NCBI GenBank assembly: GCA_965240325.2
Contig: OZ251242.1
Location: 992,001-1,056,000, forward strand
Direction of reading: 5' to 3'
DNA length: 64,000 nucleotides
Source of the DNA: Rebecca billardiae RCC1528
Lineage: Eukaryota; Protista; Haptophyta
Shown: positions 56,688 to 64,000 of the stretch, in pieces
Position numbering within the stretch: position 1 is the first letter of the stretch
Layout of the letters: each line of letters opens with the position of its first letter
Translations under genes and position numbers: made by a program
Notes under the pieces: model-generated
Told to the model about the DNA's origin: nothing
The model's input: only the letters and a program-made list of their open reading frames with translations
Databases searched by the model: none

Positions 56688-57075
56688 CGGACTCGGTGCG
56701 CGGTGCCGGTGGCGCGGAGCCAAGTCGCAACCGGCCGGCGCGTGCTCGTGGCAGCTGCCGATGGAGACGCAGCGGCGGCGCGTGACGGCACGTGAGCCGG
56801 GTAGTGATGTCAGTGAGCAAACGCGGGTGCTCCGGCTGTCCGATGAGCAGGCAACTACAGCACATGACAATGATGAACGCCTTAGTACCCCCATACAGTA
56901 TGAGTATCTAACAAGCGGGCACTCGGGGCAGCCACGATACAGTCGTCAGACAGTACTGTGCACGTTAACATAGTAGTAGTAAACTGTACGCTGTACAATC
57001 GACGACGAAATCCGTCGCCCAACCCGAACGGTCATACACCGCACGCAGCGCCGAGCTCCCGCGCGCTCCGACGAC

Positions 57076-58875
57076 ATGGAGCCCTCGCGGTCGCGCAAGC
57101 GCTCGCGCGCGTGCGACGGCGCCGCCGCCGCGTCCCCGGTCTTCGAGGTGCCGTGCGCGCTGTGCGGCGATCGCATTGGCAGCCAGCCGTGGGCGCAGCT
57201 CGCGTGCGGCGACGAGCACGTCGCGCACAACGTGTGCCTCTTCCAGCGCGCGCTCGCGTCCGAGCGCTGCGTCGTGCGGTGCGGCCGGCCGGGGTGCAAG
57301 CGCGTGACGAAGGCGGCGTCGGCGAGGACGCAGTACGACGGCATTCACGAGCTGGGCACTCTGCGCCATGTCGCCGTCGCGACGTGCACAGGCTGCGCCG
57401 CGCCGAATGAGTCGACAGCCGTGCAGCACGATCTGCCATGCCACGACGTTGCCACCATCACGCTGTGTGACCTGCCGATGGACGTGATCTCGCGCATTCT
57501 CGGCTGGCTCGAGTGCGCGCAGGATCTGGCCAGCCTGAACGGCACCTCGCGCCTCTTCCGCGGCACGCCTGCCGGCCGCTCGCCGGTGGAGCACGCGCTG
57601 CTCGAGCGCGCGCGTCAGCGCGGGCATGAGGGCGCGCTGCCGGCGCCTCCCTCGTGGCGGGCGGAGCTGTTCGCGCGCGAGCGCGTGCTGGAGCTTGCGG
57701 CTGCGCACGCGTGCGTGGCTGGGTGTGGCACTGATGAGGACAAAGTTGCGACTTTGAGCGCGTTCGTGGACGCATCGGGCGGGCTGCACACGTGTGGTGA
57801 GGAGTCTGGTGAGACAGGGCTGTGCGCGCCCGCTGCGCTGGGCCATCCGCAGCTGCGCAACTCGGCGGTCCTCGTGCCGACGCGCGTGGCATCGCTCTCG
57901 AGGGTGTGCATACGTGCGGTGGGTGCTGGGCTTGGTCACCTGCTCGCGCTGAGCGACTGTAGCGCCGTGTACGCGTGTGGTCAGAATGATTGCGGCCAGC
58001 TGGGCGTGGGCGACAAGGAGACGCGCCGTGTCTTCACCGCGCTGGGCATGAGCAGCATGGGGCTCGTCGTGGGCATCGCCGCTGGTTATCTTCACAGCCT
58101 CGCGCTCACTGCAGCGGGCGGTGTGTACAGCTGGGGATGGAACAGGTACGGCCAGCTCGGCCACGGCGACACTGAGAACCGGCTGGAGCCTGTGCGCATC
58201 GAGGCGCTGCACGGCGTGCGCGTGGGCGGCATGTCCGCGGGCGGCTGGCACACGCTGCTGCTCTCGACTTGTGGCGCCGTGTACTCGTGCGGTGGCGGCG
58301 ACGATGGCCGCCTCGGGCATGGCGACCAGCAAGATCTGCGCACGCCGCAGCGCATCGAGGCGCTGGAGGGCGTGCGCGCCGTGCACGTGAGCGCGGGCGA
58401 TGGTCACAGCCTGGTGGTGGATGCCACTGGCGGTGTGCACTCGTTCGGGCCGGGGGATTCTGGTTGCCTTGGCCATGGTGACAAATCCAACGTACTCGTG
58501 CCCAGGCGCATCGAGGCGCTGCAGGGCGTGCGCATCGTGCGCGCCAGCGCGGGCTGTGCGTGCAGCGCGGTGATGGGCGCGGACGGCAGAGTGTACACGT
58601 TTGGCTCCAACACAAGCGGCCAGCTTGGCATCGGCTCAGCTGGTGAGGATCAGCTGCTTCCGGTGCGCGTGCACGCCCCAGCGCACGGCCAGCTGGTGGA
58701 CTGCTTTCCCGACTACTGCCAGGCGCTTTGGATCGCGTCAGACGGCGGCGCGTACTCGTGTGGCACGCAGTCCGCCGCGCTTGGCCACGGCGTGAGCTCT
58801 GACGACGGGATGGACGACCTCGTCTCTCCTGCGCGGATTGCGCAGCTGCCACCCCTGCGGCGCCGGGGTGCGTAG
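57076..58875 (+). CDS. RING-like/F-box/RCC1-repeat protein, copy 8 (599 aa)
   Basis: Same architecture; intact ORF. Confidence 0.9.
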   Translation: MEPSRSRKRSRACDGAAAASPVFEVPCALCGDRIGSQPWAQLACGDEHVAHNVCLFQRALASERCVVRCGRPGCKRVTKAASARTQYDGIHELGTLRHVAVATCTGCAAPNESTAVQHDLPCHDVATITLCDLPMDVISRILGWLECAQDLASLNGTSRLFRGTPAGRSPVEHALLERARQRGHEGALPAPPSWRAELFARERVLELAAAHACVAGCGTDEDKVATLSAFVDASGGLHTCGEESGETGLCAPAALGHPQLRNSAVLVPTRVASLSRVCIRAVGAGLGHLLALSDCSAVYACGQNDCGQLGVGDKETRRVFTALGMSSMGLVVGIAAGYLHSLALTAAGGVYSWGWNRYGQLGHGDTENRLEPVRIEALHGVRVGGMSAGGWHTLLLSTCGAVYSCGGGDDGRLGHGDQQDLRTPQRIEALEGVRAVHVSAGDGHSLVVDATGGVHSFGPGDSGCLGHGDKSNVLVPRRIEALQGVRIVRASAGCACSAVMGADGRVYTFGSNTSGQLGIGSAGEDQLLPVRVHAPAHGQLVDCFPDYCQALWIASDGGAYSCGTQSAALGHGVSSDDGMDDLVSPARIAQLPPLRRRGA

Positions 58876-59002
58876 CACTCGGTGCGCGGTGGCTGGGGGC
58901 AGTCGCAATCAGCCTGCGTCTGCTCGCTGCATGTGGCGGGAGACCCCGCCGTCGGCTGCGCGCGTGGCTCAGGCATCAGCACTCGTACTCTAGCTGAAGC
59001 CG

Positions 59003-59005
<3 letters not shown>

Positions 59006-59075
<70 letters not shown>

Positions 59076-59077
59076 AT
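59006..59077. repeat. (TA)n microsatellite
   Basis: Directly visible. Confidence 0.97.
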
Positions 59078-59127
59078 TTCAGTCCTTGATGCTGATGCTG
59101 TCAGCAGCATGGCCTCGTCGTCGTCAA

Positions 59128-61071
59128 TAGCCTGGTCCATCCCGATTTTCGCCAGTGAAAAAGCCTTTTCGGATTTTGGGCGCCTGATTTCTCCCGATTT
59201 TTCTCGTCGCTCGTCGCGCTCGTCAAAAATCGCCACCGGCCGTCCGACGGCTCGCCGCGACGAAGGTCGGGAAGGTGCTCGAGAGCCTCGACTGGACGAC
59301 TGCGCCGCCTCATGTCAGGTGTAGTGCTGGACACATCGTTCGGGTGCCCCGGTGGTGTGCGTGCACACCTTGAGCGACATGTCTGCGTTGCTTCCGCCGC
59401 CCGCGGTCCGTCGCCAGGTCGACTTCTCGCCTGACGGCGCGCGTCGAACGCTCAGCTGCTGGGTTGCGCCGCGCCTTCGAGACGGGCCAGTTTGGGCCAG
59501 ATGCGGGCCACGTGACCGCTCGTGTCGGCCTAAGCCTACCCCTAGCATGTACTCGATGCCACCACCAGCGTTGGGCGCGCTGCGCATCGCCAACGCTTCA
59601 TCCGGCCAGTCCCGTCACGTTTGCGCATGGGTCGTCCTGAGCGGCGGCTGTCGATTTGTGCTCCTCGTGGAGCTGTATGACGGGCTGGTGGCGAGCAGGA
59701 TGGCTCGCCTTGCGGGGCTGGGTGTGTACAGTCGCAGTGTAGTGGCTGCCGGCTGACTCCCATCGCCTGGGTGCTGCTTTACCGTCATGGCCTTTGCTGC
59801 GAACACAAGGTCGAGGATCGTACCGCGGTCTGCGAGGCAGAGTCGACGGAGTCGTCGCTTGAAGATGGTTGAGAGCGCTCATACGTCTTCCTTGGTGTCG
59901 TGCGGCTACTCCAGCACGCAAGGCTCGCGCTCTGGCACGTGTTTGGTGTCCATGGGTGGCACATTGTGCCATTCGGGTGGCTCGGAAGCACGTGCTCGGG
60001 TGTCTTTCCCGTTTACGCGCGGTGGGCCAAGTCACCACGCACGGCCAGAGCATGTCATGGCACGCAGAGGGTGCCCATGAACGATCCCCACCCCGGTGGT
60101 GGCCGTAGGCGCACTCGAAGCGGTCGCATCGTCACCCGCGGATCACATCAGTCCGCCGTTGAGGCTGTCGGGCGAGCAAAGACGTGCGATCTGACCCTTG
60201 GACGGGCAGCTAGAATCGCGATTATGCCTCATCTAAGGACGCACATGTCGTCGTTGTAGGCAGTACTGATGCCCCAAGTGAAAGGGCGGGCGTGGCACGC
60301 GACTTGACAGCTTGAATGACTCGATGCACGCCGCCATGGACACGCGATCCGGATCCATTGCGAACCTGCCGTGTGGCTCACGGCGGCGCGCGTTGTGCCG
60401 CAGATCGGCCAGTTGCCACGCAGGAGATGGTCTCCAGATCAGGTCCAGCACCTGACCGACTGCCGCACGCCTGGCCGGGTGGGAGTCCGGCCCTCTTCTT
60501 GTCTGCAGGAGTGCGCGGAAGGCCAGGCGGAGCCTCGTCCTACCACTGCACCCCGAGCGCCGCACTAATCGTGCAGCCTGGGACAGCTACCCACCTATGG
60601 CGAATATGTAACGACATAGTGGCAATTTAATTATACAGGTCCAGAACGCATACTTATGCGGGTACATTGCCCATAATATGCGGGTATAAATGGGTAATAT
60701 AGTCGATCTTGCAGTAGTTGAGTACGGCCACTTGCGCACAGACCACAGCCCATCCTAATGGCCTGTACCAGGGTTCATGCTCGCCTCGACGTACGCCAAT
60801 AAGTAAGTTCGTCGTGCGTTTGGGCTCATTTCGGCTAAGTACTTACCCACATTCGGACTGACGATTCTCTATGTGTCCGTAGTTGTCCGCGGCGCGCGCG
60901 CACACGCTCACGACGGGCCACGGATGCGATTTTTAGGCCGACGAAACTTTTGCTGCGCCCGGGCTGGGCCCATTTGTTACGCTGTTTCCGGGAGTGAGCG
61001 CGTGCCTAGGGGCCCGCGTTCATTTGGCGATAAAATCCCCGAAAGTGCTCCAGCGCGTTTGGACCAGGCTA
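59128..61071. mobile_element. Non-autonomous TIR DNA transposon (about 1.94 kb)
   Basis: TIRs TAGCCTGGTCCA (59128-59139) and TGGACCAGGCTA (61060-61071). Flanking direct repeat TCGTCAA at 59121-59127 and 61072-61078. No transposase ORF seen. Confidence 0.8.
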
Positions 61072-61200
61072 TCGTCAATTACTACTACTATTAGTCACGG
61101 AGAGCACGCAGTGTCACGGCGCATGATTGATGTGAATTCGACAATAACTACGAATATATGATATGATGATTATTCATCAGTCGTCGTCAGCCAGTGACGA

Positions 61201-62067
61201 CTACGACGACGACGGCCCCGCCGCCGCACCGGCGGCGTCGGCGGCACTGGCCGCAGTAGCACGCCTTGGCTGCGCGCTGGCAAACAGCACCATGTCGCGG
61301 CCGTGCTGCTCGTACACGACGTCGTGCCAGCTCGGCGCGGGCGGTTGGGCGGTCGCCGCGACGGCCGGCTCGCTCGCTTCGGCGGCGGGCACGCCAGCGG
61401 TCGGGAAGCCCCCGCCCTGCTCAGCGCCAGGCTCCCGGCCGAAGCGAGGCCCGCCCGCCAGAAGCACAGGCGCCGTCGTGACGCAGAGCTCGTCGACGTG
61501 CCCGGCGCGCACAAAGCTGCGGATGATCGAGGCGCCGCCCTCGACCATCACGCTGGTCACGCCGAGGCGGAGCACGCCGGCCAGCACTGAGCGCAGCGGC
61601 AGTGGCGCGCGAGTGCCGGCCGCGCGGCGCTCGATCGGCAGCAGCACCGCGCCAGCCCCCTCGAGCGAGCGCGCCCTCCCCGCGCCCTCGCCCGCAAGCA
61701 GCTCGGAGTCGCACGCAATGATTGGCCGGCGGGCAGCCTCGCCTCCCTGGGCGTCGGGCGCGGGAGCAAAGAGCCTGGCGCCCGGGGGCGTGCGAAGCCG
61801 CGAGTCGAGCACGATCGGCCGGGGCGAGCCGCCGGGCACCAGGCGCGTGTTGAGGCGCGGGTCGTCCGCGAGCACGGTCCCGACGCCGACGAGGATGCCG
61901 GCGTGCGCGGCGCGGAGGCGGTGGGTCAGGAGGAGCGACTCGGACCCAGAGAGCGCCGTCGGTACGCCGCGCTCGAGCGCGATGCACCCGTCGAGCGACT
62001 GCGCGTACGCCACCGTCACGGCCGGTCGCCACGCCTCGCCGGCCGACGGCGGGAATCGGCCCTCCAT
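61201..62067 (-). CDS. RibD C-terminal-type pyrimidine reductase (Rib7-like, stand-alone)
   Basis: RPAVTVAYAQSLDGCIA, LSGSES..LTHRLRAAHAGILVGVGTVLADDPRLNTR, PRPIVLDSRLRTP, VMVEGGASIIRSF, VDELCVTTAPVLLAGG. ATG at 62067. Confidence 0.88.
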   Translation of the reverse strand: MEGRFPPSAGEAWRPAVTVAYAQSLDGCIALERGVPTALSGSESLLLTHRLRAAHAGILVGVGTVLADDPRLNTRLVPGGSPRPIVLDSRLRTPPGARLFAPAPDAQGGEAARRPIIACDSELLAGEGAGRARSLEGAGAVLLPIERRAAGTRAPLPLRSVLAGVLRLGVTSVMVEGGASIIRSFVRAGHVDELCVTTAPVLLAGGPRFGREPGAEQGGGFPTAGVPAAEASEPAVAATAQPPAPSWHDVVYEQHGRDMVLFASAQPRRATAASAADAAGAAAGPSSS

Positions 62068-62232
62068 CGTGGGAGTCCGGAGCTGGGCTGCGGGCTGCGG
62101 CCTGCGTGGCCACCGGACATGCGTTTGCGGCCTTCGAGGTTGCGCACAGTCGCGCACTAGACAACCCCGTCCTGCCTTGGCTCGTGGCCCTCGCCGAACC
62201 GCGCTCGTACGACGACGCAGACGCAGACCGTG

Positions 62233-64000
62233 ATGGACACGATCGAGGGCGCGTGGGTGAGCGAGCTTCACCGCACCGGCGGCCACTTCGAGTTCGAGAC
62301 ACTGCCGCGCTGGGCCGTCATCTGCGGGCAGGCGGCGCGCGTTCGGTGCGTGCTCGGCGCGCCCGGCTTGCTGCACGAGGCGCTCGGTGGCGCGGGCGCG
62401 GAGGCGGCCGCCCTCGGCCGCGCGGACGAAGCGCTGAAGGGGCTTCTCGACAGCGAGACGAGCTCCCGCACCAGCCCAATCGACTCGCGCTGGGCGCTCG
62501 AGCTCGCGCGCAAGCTCGCGAGCGCCTGCCCGCCGTTTACGAGCGCGCGCATCGTCGCCGAGGCGGTGCGCGCGGGCGCGCGCGAGGCGGACGTGTACGA
62601 AGGCGACTCTGCGACGGGGTCGACGAGTGTGGTCCTGCGCGACCGCGCGCACGTCGCGCACTCCTTCGAGGGCGAGCTCTTCGGCGCAGCGCAGCAGCTG
62701 CACGGCATCACGTTCGTGGTCGACGCGACGCTGGGCTGCGCGGACGACGCTGCCGCGCTCGGCGGCGCCGTCGGCGGCGGCGGCGCGGAGGGCGCGAGCG
62801 GCGGTGGCGGTGGCGGGTGCACGGGCGCGGCGGGCGCGCCGCACCCGCCCGCGGGCGCCCTCCCGCCCGTCGAGACGCTGCGCGCCGCGCTGCGCGAGGC
62901 GGTTGGCGCGTACGACCGGCGCAACCTCGACGCCCACCCGGACTTCCGGACTCCGGCCCGGCCGCAGTCGACGTGCGAAGGGTTCGCGAGCGCGCTGCAC
63001 GCGCGGCTGCTCGCGCTGCTCGCGGACGGCCGGCTCGGGCCCGCGGCCGTGCCGTGGGTCTCGCTCCGCGTGCACGAGAGCGACGTGGCGAGTGTCGAGT
63101 ACACGCGCTACTCACATTACCCAGCTTACCCGGCTCAGCCGGCACCGAGCGCCGGCGCGGCCGAGGCCGATGGCGGCGCCGTGGCGGGTGGTGCGGCGGC
63201 GCGCGGCGCGCCGTTCGAGGCGTGGGGCGTGTGCGTGCGCGGCCGCGCGATGGTCGCGCGCTCGATCCCTCACGCCGAAGCGGCGCGCGCCCCCGCGGCG
63301 GGCGGCGGCGGCGGCGCGGCCGCGGCCGACGGTCCGCACCGAGCCGCCGCCGGAGCCTCACCGGACTCGCCGGACATCTTCGGGCACACGCTGCTGGTGG
63401 ACGTGACGGTGAGCGGGCGCGCGCTCAAGCCGACGTTCGGCTTCCTCATTGACATCTGCGCGCTCGAGGCCCTGGTCTCCTCCACGCTAGAGCGAGAGTA
63501 CCACAATCGGGACGTGAACGCTCTGCCTCAGTTTGTGTGCGCCGAGGCGGCGGCGGTGGCGGCGGCGGCGGCGCAGCCGGGGTCGGGGGCGGCGGGGTCG
63601 CCCCCGCGTGCGCACGCCGAGGCGGCGGCGCAGCCCGGGTCGGCGAGCGCCGCGCGCGCGACGGCCGTCACCAGCTCGCAGCTTGCCGCCGACATCTGGG
63701 CCCGGCTGCTGACAGCCATGCCGGACGGGGAGCGCGGGCAGGTGCTGCACATGCGCGTGCGCGTGTGCGACTCGGAGCTGGCGGACGCGGGCGCGGTGGA
63801 GTTCAGCGCGGCCGTGTGCCCCGAGCCGGCCGAGTGCGCGCTCGGCGCGCATGCCGGCGCCGGCGCGGCCGCGCACGCGCCGAGCGCGGCGGCGCGCCTC
63901 GACGAGCGGTGCGCACACCCCCACGGCGCCGGCGCCGCGCTCTCGCGCGGCCACCCTGCGGTCCTGATCGATGCTCGGCTGCTCCTGCCGCCGCCCGGTG
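62233..64000 (+). CDS. Protein with two tandem PTPS/QueD-like (T-fold) domains; 3'-partial
   Basis: My own translation from ATG 62233 has no stop before the window end, so it is absent from the ORF track. Domain 1: VVLRDRAHVAHSFEGELFGAAQQLHGITFVVDATL...YDRRNLDAHPDF...STCEGFA...LRVHESDVASVEY. Domain 2: VCVRGRAMVARS...FGHTLLVDVTVSG...FGFLIDICALE...YHNRDVNALPQF. Confidence 0.8.
   Translation, partial: MDTIEGAWVSELHRTGGHFEFETLPRWAVICGQAARVRCVLGAPGLLHEALGGAGAEAAALGRADEALKGLLDSETSSRTSPIDSRWALELARKLASACPPFTSARIVAEAVRAGAREADVYEGDSATGSTSVVLRDRAHVAHSFEGELFGAAQQLHGITFVVDATLGCADDAAALGGAVGGGGAEGASGGGGGGCTGAAGAPHPPAGALPPVETLRAALREAVGAYDRRNLDAHPDFRTPARPQSTCEGFASALHARLLALLADGRLGPAAVPWVSLRVHESDVASVEYTRYSHYPAYPAQPAPSAGAAEADGGAVAGGAAARGAPFEAWGVCVRGRAMVARSIPHAEAARAPAAGGGGGAAAADGPHRAAAGASPDSPDIFGHTLLVDVTVSGRALKPTFGFLIDICALEALVSSTLEREYHNRDVNALPQFVCAEAAAVAAAAAQPGSGAAGSPPRAHAEAAAQPGSASAARATAVTSSQLAADIWARLLTAMPDGERGQVLHMRVRVCDSELADAGAVEFSAAVCPEPAECALGAHAGAGAAAHAPSAAARLDERCAHPHGAGAALSRGHPAVLIDARLLLPPPG

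Noticed and set aside
18908-58875. Diversity-generating retroelement as the source of hypervariability
   Set aside because: No template repeat, the changes are not adenine-specific, and the only RT in the window is copia-type.

Overview
This is very GC-rich, compact eukaryotic nuclear DNA with GT-AG introns that have GTGCGC.../...GCGCAG ends and TA/GA/CA microsatellites. That style suggests a microalga, possibly a haptophyte (inference only). Most long ORFs in the track are GC-rich shadow frames. Supported genes, in order: the 3' part of a Ty1/copia retrotransposon with PPT and 3' LTR; a large single-pass receptor whose spliced cytoplasmic tail carries TIR/HET-like motifs; HRD1; an LRR protein; ZNF593/Bud20; a beta-lactamase-fold hydrolase with two inserted ShKT domains; a short RCC1 protein; a METTL24/FkbM-like methyltransferase; a FIT-family protein; calnexin; CDC45; and a head-to-head RibD-reductase / double-PTPS pair. 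The most striking feature is eight intronless paralogues in two tandem arrays of four (18.9-27.3 kb and 50.3-58.9 kb). Each encodes a RING-like finger, an F-box and an RCC1 propeller. The framework is near-invariant, while short hypervariable sites fall at equivalent positions in each blade and are shared mosaically between copies, which looks like a diversifying, antibody-like ubiquitin-ligase receptor repertoire. Two non-autonomous elements flank the second array: a 4.6-kb split-direct-repeat (TOC1/PAT/DIRS-type) element with an internal higher-order minisatellite, and a 1.9-kb TIR element with a target-site duplication.
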